A DNA stretch of 64,000 nt from a virus: positions 64,001 through 128,000 of the IMG/VR virus record IMGVR_UViG_3300027779_000011, one strand, 5' to 3'. A program made the position numbers and the translations under genes. A model generated the notes under the pieces. The model was not told where the DNA came from. It saw only the letters and a list, made by a program, of their open reading frames with translations, and made no database searches. Of this stretch, positions 1-10,349 are shown one piece after another (the first letter of the stretch is position 1; each line of letters starts with the position of its first letter).

Positions 1-1578
1 GGAAGTGATACATTTTCGCCGGAAGAAATTAGTGCTCAAATACTTTTAAAGATAAAGAGGGCAGCAGAAAAATATACTGGTGCTAAAGTAAATGAAGCGG
101 TAATAACCGTTCCTGCATATTTCAATGATGCGCAAAGGCAAGCAACTAAGGATGCTGGAAAGATTGCGGGACTTGAGGTTAGAAGAATTATAAATGAACC
201 CACTGCTGCCGCATTAGCATATGGGCTAGATAAGTCTGAGGACCAAAAGGTTGTTGTGTTTGATCTTGGCGGCGGAACATTTGATGTGTCCGTACTAGAT
301 ATATCCGATGGAGTCGTAGAGGTGCTGTCAACAAACGGCGATACCCACCTTGGTGGTGATGACATTGACCAAATTCTTATAGACTGGATGATGGATTCTT
401 TCAAAGAAGATTCAAAGATGGATGTTTCATCTGATAATATCGTAATTCAAAGGCTAAAGGAAGCCGCAGAGAAGGCTAAGATCGAGCTTTCAAGTGCTCA
501 GTCAACTGATATAACTCTGCCGTTTTTAACAGCAGATAGCACAGGGCCGAAACATTTAAACGCCACCCTGTCAAGATCGAAATTTGAGCAGATGATCGAA
601 AGCTTTGTCCAAAGGGTTATGATTCCAGCGGATAAAGCCGTAAAGGATTCAGGCGTATCGCTATCCGAAATAGATGAAGTCATCCTTGTTGGTGGGTCAA
701 CAAGGATTCCGATTGTAAAAGAGGCAGTCGAGAAATTTTTTGGAAAGACTCCTAATTCGTCTGTAAATCCAGATGAGGTAGTAGCCCTAGGAGCCGCCGT
801 TCAAGCTGGCGTGTTCTCTGGAGATGTTACAGATATTTTGCTTCTTGACGTTACGCCCCTTTCTCTTGGCATTGAGACTATGGGTGGTGTTATGACTAAT
901 TTAATTTCCAGAAACACCACAATACCTTGCACGAAGAGTCAGGTATTCTCAACCGCTGAATCGAATCAGACAGCGGTTGATATAAATGTCTTTCAAGGAG
1001 AAAGGAAGCTAGCTGTAGAGAACATGTCACTGGGGTCATTCAGGCTTGATGGGGTGCCTCCAGCGCCAAGGGGCGTTCCTCAGATCGAGGTTTCGTTTGA
1101 TATAGACGCAAATGGAATAGTTAGTGTTTATGCGAAAGATCAGGCTACTAAAAAGGAGCAGTCTATAACGGTAAGTGGGGTTGGTACGCTTTCGGATGAT
1201 GAAGTTGAAAAAATGGTAAAAGAGGCTAAAGATAACGAGGATGAGGATAGAGCCAAACTTGAGCTGATAGAAAAAAGGAATCAGCTAGATTCTTTAGTTT
1301 ATCAATCTACAAAGTTTGTTGATGAGAACAGAGAGTCTCTCTCTAGCGATCTGATAGATAATCTAGAGTCCTCTGTTGAGGATGCCAGAGAGTCGCTGGA
1401 TGCAGATAATATTAACGATTTGGATAGATGTATTCAAAGTGTTCAATCTGCCCTTCATGAATTATCAAGTCAAATGCATGAAGAAGTTTCGGATACGGAA
1501 GGCGTGGAGCCTAATGATGCTTCTAACGCTACCGATGATAACGTTGTTGATGTTGACTTCAAAGATGTTGTTGAATAG
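1..1578 (+). CDS. dnaK: Hsp70 chaperone DnaK (5'-truncated by window edge)
   Basis: Frame 1 is open from base 1 ([13 protein letters not shown]...[18 protein letters not shown]...[12 protein letters not shown]), then [50 protein letters not shown]. Confidence 0.97.
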   Translation, partial: GSDTFSPEEISAQILLKIKRAAEKYTGAKVNEAVITVPAYFNDAQRQATKDAGKIAGLEVRRIINEPTAAALAYGLDKSEDQKVVVFDLGGGTFDVSVLDISDGVVEVLSTNGDTHLGGDDIDQILIDWMMDSFKEDSKMDVSSDNIVIQRLKEAAEKAKIELSSAQSTDITLPFLTADSTGPKHLNATLSRSKFEQMIESFVQRVMIPADKAVKDSGVSLSEIDEVILVGGSTRIPIVKEAVEKFFGKTPNSSVNPDEVVALGAAVQAGVFSGDVTDILLLDVTPLSLGIETMGGVMTNLISRNTTIPCTKSQVFSTAESNQTAVDINVFQGERKLAVENMSLGSFRLDGVPPAPRGVPQIEVSFDIDANGIVSVYAKDQATKKEQSITVSGVGTLSDDEVEKMVKEAKDNEDEDRAKLELIEKRNQLDSLVYQSTKFVDENRESLSSDLIDNLESSVEDARESLDADNINDLDRCIQSVQSALHELSSQMHEEVSDTEGVEPNDASNATDDNVVDVDFKDVVE

Positions 1579-1640
1579 AATTAATTCAAAATAATGGTGA
1601 TTAGCTATTTATTAGAGAGAAAATAAGATAAGGAGGTTAT

Positions 1641-2126
1641 ATGAATAATATAAATAGAAACTATAAAATAGCCCCGAGTAGCCTATCGAAGAGTGAGTTC
1701 TTAACACCATTTGATGCTATATTTGATGATATGATTAACAGCATGTTTCCAACCGCATCAAGAGATCTTGGAGAGAACTTTTTCAACAAAGGTTCGTACC
1801 CAAAGGTTAATGTTATAAACAAGATAGACAGCCTCTTGATAGAGGCTGCAATACCCGGCATGAGCAGAGAAGATGTTGATGTTGAAGTTCATGATGGAGT
1901 GCTCACAGTTAGAGGATCTAGCAATCAACATGAGAATATAAATGACGGCCAGTATGTAAAAAGAGAGATAAAGAGATCTTCTTTCCAAAGATCATTTAGA
2001 CTTGGTGAGAATCTTTTATCTTCGAAAATTACTGCATCTTATGAGAAGGGTATTCTATCATTAAATATCCCAAAGAAGGTGATCGAAGATTCTCCATCAG
2101 ATCCCGTAAAGATTGAGATAGGCTAG
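1641..2126 (+). CDS. Small heat-shock protein Hsp20/alpha-crystallin
   Basis: YPKVNV...AIPGMSREDVDV..DGVLTVRG...REI..SSFQRSFRL...ASYEKGILSLNIPK; AGGAGG RBS. Confidence 0.93.
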   Translation: MNNINRNYKIAPSSLSKSEFLTPFDAIFDDMINSMFPTASRDLGENFFNKGSYPKVNVINKIDSLLIEAAIPGMSREDVDVEVHDGVLTVRGSSNQHENINDGQYVKREIKRSSFQRSFRLGENLLSSKITASYEKGILSLNIPKKVIEDSPSDPVKIEIG

Positions 2127-2204
2127 TTATATAATAAGATAATCATAATCGCTTGCTAATTAATTATGTATAGTTGATAATGCTGCTTAGCTTAGGAGGT
2201 TATT

Positions 2205-2429
2205 ATGGAAAAAGAGTTAACACCAATAGAGGCTGCCTCTTATTGTGCATATAGCTTTTCTTATAATATGTATAATGATATGTTGTTATTTACTACATTG
2301 AATATAATTTCAACTATGAACAACTCAGGGATCATAGGACTTAATGAGTCTGTTGAAGATGACATGACAGAGCAGCTTTGTAGACAAGTATTAACAAATT
2401 CAGAATATAGAACCATAGGTATAGCGTAG
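2205..2429 (+). CDS. Hypothetical protein
   Basis: 74-aa ORF with strong AGGAGG RBS; no recognisable motif. Confidence 0.6.
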   Translation: MEKELTPIEAASYCAYSFSYNMYNDMLLFTTLNIISTMNNSGIIGLNESVEDDMTEQLCRQVLTNSEYRTIGIA

Positions 2430-2438
2430 AATTTAGAA

Positions 2439-3089
2439 ATGAAAATTTTTTCTATTAAAAAGATTCCAATAGAAATACATTATAGTCTAATATTACTCTC
2501 CCTTGTTCTGTTTTTTATAGAGTTGATTAGTAACGGATTCTACTCTACGATTACCTATGGCTCATTATTTATAGTGTTATTTTCATCAGTAATGTTGCAT
2601 GAGATTGGACATGCTTTGGTCGCGAGGAAGTTTGGAATACCAACTAGAAAAATAATATTGTTCCCGCTTGGCGGAATAGCCTTTATTGATTCTAAAAATA
2701 TGACTCCTAAGCAAGAGTTTTTTATCTCAATTGCAGGACCACTTGTAAATCTTCTTGTTGTATTACTTGGATTAATTATAACATTAATTAGTGATTCGTT
2801 TTTCATTTATTGTATTATAATTATAAATATGATTATGGGTATATTTAACTTAATTCCAGCATATCCTATGGATGGAGGAAGGGTTCTTCGATCGGGCCTT
2901 TCTATGTTTTTAAGTCATAAGGTTGCGACAAATATATCTGTATCAATTTCTCTTTTAATATCAGCATCTCTTATTATATCTGGAATACTCTATAGCTGGA
3001 TATCAGTTATTATAATTGGTATATTTTTAATATATTATAATTGCAAACAACTAAAAGGATCTTTCAAAAGGGAGGATGATGATGGATGA
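2439..3089 (+). CDS. Site-2 protease, M50 family (SpoIVFB-like) intramembrane metalloprotease
   Basis: HEIGH, AGPLVN and NLIPAYPMDGGR motifs; several hydrophobic helices. Confidence 0.93.
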   Translation: MKIFSIKKIPIEIHYSLILLSLVLFFIELISNGFYSTITYGSLFIVLFSSVMLHEIGHALVARKFGIPTRKIILFPLGGIAFIDSKNMTPKQEFFISIAGPLVNLLVVLLGLIITLISDSFFIYCIIIINMIMGIFNLIPAYPMDGGRVLRSGLSMFLSHKVATNISVSISLLISASLIISGILYSWISVIIIGIFLIYYNCKQLKGSFKREDDDG

Positions 3090-3225
3090 TGAGAAGCCTA
3101 AATTTATTTATTTTAAGTTCTTAGGAAGGAAGCAGGTTCAAGTATCCAAAGAACAGTGGGAAGCTGATTGGAAAATTTGGCATGAAAGAGTTCACAAAAA
3201 GGGAGCTTCGTGGCATCTGAAATAG
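3082..3225 (+). CDS. Small Trp-rich hypothetical protein (47 aa, not in ORF track)
   Basis: GGAGG at 3071-3075 then ATG; MDDEKPKFIYFKFLGRKQVQVSKEQWEADWKIWHERVHKKGASWHLK; overlaps M50 stop. Confidence 0.55.
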   Translation: MDDEKPKFIYFKFLGRKQVQVSKEQWEADWKIWHERVHKKGASWHLK

Positions 3226-3253
3226 AACGCGGAAAGTCTAAACTATAATAAGT

Positions 3254-5218
3254 TTATGATGATATTATCTTATCGGTATGCTTCACATTTCTAGAAGCGA
3301 CAAGCTTTAGCCCGCCACCTGCTTCTCCAACTGGCGTTTGAACTGGTACGTTTTGAGATATGGGTAGCGGAATAACGTTAGATGTAGCGGCTGGTTTCAA
3401 GGGTGGTAGTCCTGCGCTTATCATATCTTCTAGTGCGGAGCTGTCGCTAGCATTATCCTGTGTTCTTCGCGCCTCCATTTCCTGATCTGTTAATCGGATG
3501 TTTGATAACACGGGAGCGCCTTCAGATGTGGACATTGAAGAAGCCCACTTTCTGCTAGCGTTAGCGAACGCTATCTGAAGAACGGTGTCGTATGCTGAGG
3601 ATAACCTGTCCTTTATACCTGTTTCAATTCCCATTATAATTATACTAGTAAATATATCTATGCAGACTGCCACAGCGGTTACCACACCTGCCGTTAGTAA
3701 ACCCGCCAGTTCAAGAACTATAAATATTATATCGAGTACAGCCTGAACTGTATTTAATATAACTTGGTACATGTTATGTTGGAGATCTCTGAGACCCTTT
3801 GCATACTTGGCCAAAACAAGCTGCCTAGATGGTTCATCCGAGCTTTCTTGAAACTTAGAGCCGCACTCTTCAGCTGTTTCGTTATACTTAAGAACCTTCA
3901 TACCGCTTAGGCTAATTCCTGCTTTACTTGCAAGTGGAGATACGTCATCTTGAAGAGCCTTCCATCCATAATAGACTCCATCCACTATTGCCCCGACACT
4001 AAATATAAGGCCTAAGAATGGGAGAACTTTTGCTCCATATTTCATTATTAATTTTATTATTGCGATGACACCTCCAGTGAGAAAGGCCCAAGTCGCTGCC
4101 GAAGCATCCTTTATCCACTCCCATAGCTTACATGCTGCGGTACTTATCCCATCCCAAACTGTTCCTAGACCTTCTGTTGTAATATCATATGCGTCTGAAA
4201 TGAAATCGGTTGCGGGGCCAGCTAACTCAACGGCGCCATCCCAAGTATCTTCAGCTACATCTGCAACATAACTAACGGCATCATCAGCCCACTGAGGCCA
4301 TGCGGTCTTGCTTAATGAATCTCCATTTCCGGCTGTCTTTAATAGCTCTGCATCGTTTCCATTCATATATGATTCTTTATTTATGGGACCCCTGAATGAC
4401 TGTGATGATTCAAATATTTCATCAAAAGATTTTTCCCCACTCCCAACAGCGTCTACGAACTCCTTAAGATCACTATTTAGAATAGACCTTCCACTACTTC
4501 CATACTTTTTAATATAATCTAGCTCAAGATAAGTTTTTAAACATTGTAGGGCATATGAGTTTGAATAATTTGAATAATACTTTTTATCTGATGCTATTTT
4601 GATAACGCTGTTTTCTGCAAATGACTTCTTGTCAAAGCCTTTTAGTATCATTTTATTTTCTGTTATTTTATATGTAGCAATTATTACATCATGATTACTT
4701 GAGTAGTAAGTATCGTGTCTTTTTGATATAGCCCTCTTTCTTATTTGACTAATTCTTTTTACACTTGCAGTTGATTCATCAATACATTCTTTATTCTCTT
4801 CGATAGTGTCGAAAACAGACGGGTCTTGTTGATATTGATCTTCAAGAGCGGGCAAAGCACCTGGGTCTGCCTTGGACTTATTTAATATGTCCTGAGCTCC
4901 ATTCTTTCCTACATTTCCATCCATTTTTTTACAAAATCCAGTTATTCCCTCAAGACCTGAGGCAAAAGCTGCGGAGGTTGCTTTTTCTTCATGCTTGTTA
5001 AACTCAGCCATAACATCCCACCACTCTCTTGCTTCGGGGCTCATATCGTCAACATCAACGCCTTCTGGCATAGGGAATAAGCTTCCTTCATCTCCAGTGG
5101 TTGAAACCGCAGCTTTGCCGGTCCCTCTAATGAGAGCAGCTTCTTGCGCTTTTTTGGATATGAATATCCTCTTGCTTTGCTTTTCAGAATATTCTTTGTG
5201 TTTTTTAGATATTATCAT
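3254..5218 (-). CDS. Putative virion/ejection protein with tape-measure-like Trp repeats and transmembrane hairpins
   Basis: Only long minus-strand ORF (654 aa); 11-residue Trp/Phe periodicity (WDGISTAACKL-WEWIKDASAAT-WAFL), two hydrophobic stretches, several K-x-A sites. Confidence 0.6.
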   Translation of the reverse strand: MIISKKHKEYSEKQSKRIFISKKAQEAALIRGTGKAAVSTTGDEGSLFPMPEGVDVDDMSPEAREWWDVMAEFNKHEEKATSAAFASGLEGITGFCKKMDGNVGKNGAQDILNKSKADPGALPALEDQYQQDPSVFDTIEENKECIDESTASVKRISQIRKRAISKRHDTYYSSNHDVIIATYKITENKMILKGFDKKSFAENSVIKIASDKKYYSNYSNSYALQCLKTYLELDYIKKYGSSGRSILNSDLKEFVDAVGSGEKSFDEIFESSQSFRGPINKESYMNGNDAELLKTAGNGDSLSKTAWPQWADDAVSYVADVAEDTWDGAVELAGPATDFISDAYDITTEGLGTVWDGISTAACKLWEWIKDASAATWAFLTGGVIAIIKLIMKYGAKVLPFLGLIFSVGAIVDGVYYGWKALQDDVSPLASKAGISLSGMKVLKYNETAEECGSKFQESSDEPSRQLVLAKYAKGLRDLQHNMYQVILNTVQAVLDIIFIVLELAGLLTAGVVTAVAVCIDIFTSIIIMGIETGIKDRLSSAYDTVLQIAFANASRKWASSMSTSEGAPVLSNIRLTDQEMEARRTQDNASDSSALEDMISAGLPPLKPAATSNVIPLPISQNVPVQTPVGEAGGGLKLVASRNVKHTDKIISS

Positions 5219-5348
5219 AATTAAATCTTTTTTTAAATATTACTATATATTATATAAAAAAAATACAGCATATATGGAGTTCACCGCTTAATAGTAAAGA
5301 TTTTATTAGTAAGTGCTTAATTTCTTTTTCATATACATGGAGTAAAAT

Positions 5349-5621
5349 ATGAGCAGCATATCTGAATTTAGAAAAATCATAGACAATGTTTCTGCGATGG
5401 AAGAGCTTGTGGCGGCCCAAAACCTTCTTAGGGATATAATGGCCATAAACGATATGAGGGAGAAAATTGACAATCTTGAGAGCGTTCTTTCAAATGGGGA
5501 GAGGGCTATGTTTTATTTTTTTGCAGCAAAGTTAGACTCTGATGAGGTAATAGTTGCTTCAGAGAAAATCCTAGGAAAGATAAATAGACTTCGAAAGAAA
5601 GAGAAGAAAGAAGTAGAATAG
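5349..5621 (+). CDS. Hypothetical protein
   Basis: 90-aa helical ORF, GGAG RBS. Confidence 0.65.
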   Translation: MSSISEFRKIIDNVSAMEELVAAQNLLRDIMAINDMREKIDNLESVLSNGERAMFYFFAAKLDSDEVIVASEKILGKINRLRKKEKKEVE

Positions 5622-5644
5622 GATATTACCAGGAACTTTAAAGT

Positions 5645-6313
5645 ATGAAAAGAATAGTCCTTTCTGATATACACATCGGTAGCAAGTATTACAAAGCAGA
5701 AGAGCTTACTTCGTTTTTAAAAAATGAATATTACGACCAGCTAATTTTAGATGGAGACATACTGGATTTAATAAAATCCCCAATGTTTACAGAGAGGGCT
5801 TATGATCTGCTAAGCGCAATTGATTATTCAAAAGAAATAATATATGTAATTGGAAATCATGATATAGCATTACTGGGATTCTCTGGAAAAGATTTTTTTG
5901 GCATAAAGTTTGTAGAGAAGTTTGAATTTGAAGAGGGCGGAAGAAAATTCAGAATAGAGCATGGCGATAAGTATGAAGCCGGAATTATTCATTATAACTT
6001 TTCAATGAAGATAATATCAATTATTCAAGACTGGCTTGAACATTCTTTTAATATAGACCTAACATCTTGGTTTGTTGATAGAAAGATGAAGAAGAGGAAA
6101 CTTAGGAGAATTTGGGATATAATAGATAGAAATAAAGATGCTGACGTTATAGTCATGGGACACTCGCATTGTCCGGAAGCGATAATATGGGTTGATGAGA
6201 AACAAAATATAAAAACATATGTTAACAGTGGAGACTGGGTTTCTCATCAGTCTTATGTTGAGATAATAGATGGAGTTATAAGGCTTAGAAGTTATGAATC
6301 AGAAAATAGTTAA
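5645..6313 (+). CDS. Calcineurin-like metallophosphoesterase, LpxH-like (UDP-2,3-diacylglucosamine hydrolase family)
   Basis: SDIHIG, GDILD, GNHD, EHGD, MGHSH, YVNSGDW motifs. Confidence 0.85.
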   Translation: MKRIVLSDIHIGSKYYKAEELTSFLKNEYYDQLILDGDILDLIKSPMFTERAYDLLSAIDYSKEIIYVIGNHDIALLGFSGKDFFGIKFVEKFEFEEGGRKFRIEHGDKYEAGIIHYNFSMKIISIIQDWLEHSFNIDLTSWFVDRKMKKRKLRRIWDIIDRNKDADVIVMGHSHCPEAIIWVDEKQNIKTYVNSGDWVSHQSYVEIIDGVIRLRSYESENS

Positions 6314-6920
6314 AACATCTTTAGATATAGATGATTGGTTTAGTTCACTTAATGAGAATATTGACCTGTGGATAACAGACCCACCGTATCCGTTTGATAA
6401 TAAAAATGGAACAAACAGGTTTAATTATAAAGATGGAAATGATAATATGTACCAAAGGCTCAGCTGGTCAAAGTTATCATCTATTTTCTCTGAAATGTAT
6501 AATAGATCCAATGAAGGATCTAGGGCATATGTTTTTTGTAATCGTGATGGGTTGTTTGAGACCCAGCCCCTATTGAAGAAGTCAGGGTGGACATTCAGAA
6601 ATGTATTAATATGGGACAAGAAGAGGCTTGGTATGGGCTATCACTGGAGGAACAAGGCTGAATATATCTTATATGTAACGAAAGGAAAGCCGAAGTCTTA
6701 TGTGAAAGGTGCCGGAAACATATTTTCCTATAGCAAACCAAGAAACATGGGCGTTTCTGCGAAGCCTTATGATATTTGGGCCGATATACTGGAGAATAGC
6801 GCCGTGTTGGGCGATACTTGTGCAGACCCGTTTGCTGGTTCGGACCCAATGGAGAAAGCTTTGTTGAGTTATCCAAATCTATATAGTAAAATAGGCTCTG
6901 CTTATACAAATTCTGTATAG
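6294..6920 (+). CDS. N6A/N4C DNA methyltransferase, beta class (possibly degenerate)
   Basis: TDPPY catalytic motif, LIWDK..GMGYHWR...EYILY, and DPFAGS(D) SAM-binding motif near the C-terminus. Confidence 0.8.
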   Translation: MNQKIVKTSLDIDDWFSSLNENIDLWITDPPYPFDNKNGTNRFNYKDGNDNMYQRLSWSKLSSIFSEMYNRSNEGSRAYVFCNRDGLFETQPLLKKSGWTFRNVLIWDKKRLGMGYHWRNKAEYILYVTKGKPKSYVKGAGNIFSYSKPRNMGVSAKPYDIWADILENSAVLGDTCADPFAGSDPMEKALLSYPNLYSKIGSAYTNSV

Positions 6921-6925
6921 CTTGT

Positions 6926-6934
6926 TGGTATAAT
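6926..6934 (+). promoter_or_regulatory. Extended -10 promoter element TGnTATAAT
   Basis: TGGTATAAT upstream of the 6963 ORF and groEL-1. Confidence 0.5.
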
Positions 6935-6962
6935 ATAATTATATTTAAAGGAGAATTATATA

Positions 6963-7232
6963 ATGTTAGATAAATTAAAAGAGTTATTGCGAAGATGGAA
7001 AGTTCAGGTAGTTGTTGTTGGCGGGGCTTTGGTTGTCGCTACGGCATATGGAACCTGTACCTATGAGCCTTTTGCTCAAGAGCAAGAGGGAGAAGGGTCT
7101 GCCGAAGAAGCTTCTATGGAAGCAACTGAAGCAGCTGAAGCAGCTGAAACAACTGAAGCAGCTGAAGCAGCTGAAGCAGCTGAAACAACTGAAGCAACTG
7201 AAGCAACTGAAACAACTGAAGCAACAGAGTAA
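6963..7232 (+). CDS. Small membrane-anchored protein with acidic E-A/T-A/T repeat tail
   Basis: AAGGAG RBS; basic N-terminus, hydrophobic VVVVGGALVVATAYG, then (EAA/ETT/EAT)n. Confidence 0.75.
   Translation: MLDKLKELLRRWKVQVVVVGGALVVATAYGTCTYEPFAQEQEGEGSAEEASMEATEAAEAAETTEAAEAAEAAETTEATEATETTEATE
7119..7226 (+). repeat. In-frame 9-bp tandem repeat GAAGCAGCT/GAAACAACT/GAAGCAACT, 12 units
   Basis: Read directly from the sequence. Confidence 0.95.
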
Positions 7233-7251
7233 TTTATAAGCGGAGGGCTTT

Positions 7252-8877
7252 ATGTCTTTTAAAAATGTAGACCTAGGAAGAGATGCTAGGGAGAAAATGA
7301 AAAAGGGTCTTGACATTCTTGCAAATGCGGTAAAGGTCACTCTTGGGCCGCGTGGCAGACACGTTGCAATACAGAGAGAGTATGGCCCTCCGCAAATTAC
7401 AAAAGATGGTGTTACTGTTGCCAGATCTATAAACCTATCTAATAGTGTTGAGGATATGGGTGCTCAGCTTATAAAGTCTGTTGCCGCAACAACAAATGCC
7501 GTTGCTGGCGACGGCACTACAACTGCAACTGTCTTGGCTCAATATATTTATAATGATGGAGCCAAGATGGTTGAAGCTGGCCATAACCCTGTTTTGATAA
7601 AAAGGGGAATCGACATTGCCGTAAAGAATGTTTCGAATTCGCTAAAAGAACTCAGTGTTCAGCTTACAGATGGCGATAGCATAAAAAGTGTTGCCTCAAT
7701 ATCTGCAAATAATGATATGGAGCTAGGTAGCTTAATTGCAGATGCGGTAATGAATGTTGGAAACGATGGAATGATATCAGTAGAAGACTCTGCCGGAACA
7801 GATACCTCGGTATCATACACCGATGGGCTAAAGATAGATAGGGGGTATTTGTCTCCAATGTTTATAACCAATCCAGAGAAGCTTTTGGTCGAGATGGAAA
7901 ACCCATTAATTCTTTGCTTTGATGGTAATATGGGCTTTCATAACTTCAATAAAGAGTATCTTCCGTTATTCAAAAAAGTTTCAGAATCAGGGAGAAAGGT
8001 TCTTGTTATAGCCAAAGAGTTTGATCATGAGGTTATGTCGACTTTCATTTTGAATAATTCAAAGGGCTCTATATCTTCATGCCTAATTCGGGCTCCTGGG
8101 TTTGGTGACTTCAGAAGGGATATGCTTGGAGATATAGCGGCAGCATGTGGTGGAAAGTTGTTCACAGATGACTCTGGAGTTGGACTTTCGGAATCAGAGG
8201 TAGATGATTTGGGTACGGCAAGGAGAATCGTAGTCTCTAGATTCGAGGCAACTATTGTTGACGGTGGAGGTTCTATGGATGATATAGAACGAAGAGTATC
8301 TGCATTAAAAGCCCAGCTTGATTCGGATATGTTAGAAGGCTTTGAAATAGCATCTCTGAAGAGTAGGATTTCAAAACTTTCTGGTGGAGTTGCAGTAATA
8401 AAAGTTGGTGGATCAACTGAGAGTGAAATGAAAGAGAGAAAAGATAGGGTCGAGGATGCTATAAACGCTGTTAAGGCTGCTATCGAAGAAGGCGTTGTCC
8501 CAGGAGGGGGTGCTTCTTTGATTCACTGTGTTAATTCGGTCGAGTTATTTGAGTCATCAAAGGAGTACATGAGTTTGCTACCGGAAGAGAAGATTGGGGT
8601 GGGCATAGTCAAGAACTCTCTTTCTGCTCCATTTAGACAGATAATGATAAACTCCGGAATGGAAAATCAGTATATGAGAATTATGGATAAGATACTTCTG
8701 AAGAAAGGGTTTTCTGGGTATAACGCTTTGTCAAATACTTTTTCAAATAATATGTTAAAAAGCGGAGTCATAGACCCCACAAAGGTAGTTAGAACTGCAA
8801 TAGTAAATGCGGCATCTGCAAGTGGAATTATGCTAACCACAGAAGTTGCAATATCATCAGCAGATGAACAAAAATAA
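7252..8877 (+). CDS. groEL: Group I chaperonin GroEL, copy 1
   Basis: [58 protein letters not shown]; no GGM tail. Confidence 0.96.
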   Translation: MSFKNVDLGRDAREKMKKGLDILANAVKVTLGPRGRHVAIQREYGPPQITKDGVTVARSINLSNSVEDMGAQLIKSVAATTNAVAGDGTTTATVLAQYIYNDGAKMVEAGHNPVLIKRGIDIAVKNVSNSLKELSVQLTDGDSIKSVASISANNDMELGSLIADAVMNVGNDGMISVEDSAGTDTSVSYTDGLKIDRGYLSPMFITNPEKLLVEMENPLILCFDGNMGFHNFNKEYLPLFKKVSESGRKVLVIAKEFDHEVMSTFILNNSKGSISSCLIRAPGFGDFRRDMLGDIAAACGGKLFTDDSGVGLSESEVDDLGTARRIVVSRFEATIVDGGGSMDDIERRVSALKAQLDSDMLEGFEIASLKSRISKLSGGVAVIKVGGSTESEMKERKDRVEDAINAVKAAIEEGVVPGGGASLIHCVNSVELFESSKEYMSLLPEEKIGVGIVKNSLSAPFRQIMINSGMENQYMRIMDKILLKKGFSGYNALSNTFSNNMLKSGVIDPTKVVRTAIVNAASASGIMLTTEVAISSADEQK

Positions 8878-8926
8878 TATATTTTATATGTGATATATAT
8901 ACGTTAAACTACACAGGAGGTTGAGA

Positions 8927-9196
8927 ATGTCGAATAATGTTGTACCGCTTGAGTCCACAGGGGAGTATAAGGAACCGTTGCTGGATGAAAGCATCGTTGT
9001 TTCCAAACTTATGTCTGCTGGGGTAAACCAGATACATAGGTCTTATGACGAAGAGCAAAAGAAAGTCTATAGGCAATTTGTAGAATCAAGGCTTTCTTTT
9101 ATAGCACCGTGCTGGAGCGACCTTAACGATGGTGTTAAGATTGAGGTTATTACAGCACATGCAGAAGATTTTTTGCGATTTGTAAATGGAGAATGA
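8927..9196 (+). CDS. Hypothetical protein
   Basis: AGGAGG RBS at 8915-8920 favours ATG 8927. Confidence 0.65.
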   Translation: MSNNVVPLESTGEYKEPLLDESIVVSKLMSAGVNQIHRSYDEEQKKVYRQFVESRLSFIAPCWSDLNDGVKIEVITAHAEDFLRFVNGE

Positions 9197-9197
9197 T

Positions 9198-10040
9198 ATG
9201 TCAAATTCATTAAAAGATAGTCTTATGGGTATTGGAATCAACTCTTTTTTCAGAGGAACTGGGTACGGAAGAAGCACACATAATTATGATCAACTAAAGG
9301 AATCTATATTGCTTCATAAAGACTTCCCGGATAAGTGGTTCTGCCTTTTAGATGATGACGGAAAACAATCTGCTCTAGAATATGCTTCTTCTAATATCCC
9401 AACAATATATTCTGATGGAGGTGATGATTGGTCGAAGCTGATTGACGATGTTAGCTCTGGAGATGTAGATCCTAAGGATATATCTGGGTGGTATGGAAAG
9501 TCATCGGTTGTTCAGGCCGCAACTCTTAATCCGCATTATGATTGGTCTAGCCTATTCACAAGTGTTATTCGTGATAACGATAGCTTGGGGTATATAAGCC
9601 CATCTATTAGAATTGTGATAGATTGTTACTCTGAATACGATGGTAGTGATTTTTATGATTATGTTTTTAACAACGCAAAGGGCCGCAAGTGGGAGCTTAG
9701 GGCGCAGCTTTATATGGCGCTTGTAAAGAGTGGAACGCTTACTCCGAAAATGGCAAGGAAGATGCGAAGCGATGGTGCATCAAAGGCATCTAAAGCTGCG
9801 CTAGAATCTCTGATTTCAAATATATCACTTTATCCAGATAATGAGCCTCTTTTTGTTCAGTTTGTAGATACAGCATATGAAGAAGTTGCGATTTCGTTGG
9901 CAAAAAAAATACCAGAGAATATGCTAACCTACATGGTAGGCTCTCAGTTTCATTATGTAAAAAGAATAGTTGAAGATAGAATGAGAGCTATTGAGCTTAG
10001 AAAGGATCAGGAAGAATCCGAATCAGAATTGCCATTTTAA
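9198..10040 (+). CDS. Hypothetical helical-repeat protein, paralog of 17983 and 18713 ORFs
   Basis: C-terminal segment aligns by eye with the two paralogs; GGAG RBS before ATG 9198. Confidence 0.65.
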   Translation: MSNSLKDSLMGIGINSFFRGTGYGRSTHNYDQLKESILLHKDFPDKWFCLLDDDGKQSALEYASSNIPTIYSDGGDDWSKLIDDVSSGDVDPKDISGWYGKSSVVQAATLNPHYDWSSLFTSVIRDNDSLGYISPSIRIVIDCYSEYDGSDFYDYVFNNAKGRKWELRAQLYMALVKSGTLTPKMARKMRSDGASKASKAALESLISNISLYPDNEPLFVQFVDTAYEEVAISLAKKIPENMLTYMVGSQFHYVKRIVEDRMRAIELRKDQEESESELPF

Positions 10041-10052
10041 TAGGATTAAATA

Positions 10053-10325
10053 ATGACTAATATTAATGAAGCATGTTACCTCTCCAGTCCCATTCACAAG
10101 AATTCTTTAAACATAGAGCTAACAGAGGATATGGAAAGCAACCTAGTCCTATCTATTGACGGATCAATTATGGCTATTAAAAAAAGCGTAATTTCTAATT
10201 ATATAGACGACCAGGATATTCTAATGATTAGAATGGGATTTCGAAAAGCTACAGATGAGTTATTGAAATACTCAGATGAAGAAGGACTTTATAAGTTTTT
10301 ATCCTGTCTTGTTGATTTAGAATAA
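10053..10325 (+). CDS. Hypothetical protein
   Basis: 90-aa ORF with AGGA RBS, followed by a terminator. Confidence 0.6.
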   Translation: MTNINEACYLSSPIHKNSLNIELTEDMESNLVLSIDGSIMAIKKSVISNYIDDQDILMIRMGFRKATDELLKYSDEEGLYKFLSCLVDLE

Positions 10326-10349
10326 ATAAAAATCAAAAACTTATTCTGC

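Noticed and set aside
7119-7226. CRISPR array, or the Cys-rich (CFS)n and (KQL)n ORFs in other frames
   Set aside because: These are 9-bp contiguous coding repeats with no spacers; the alternative ORFs are shadows of the repeat.
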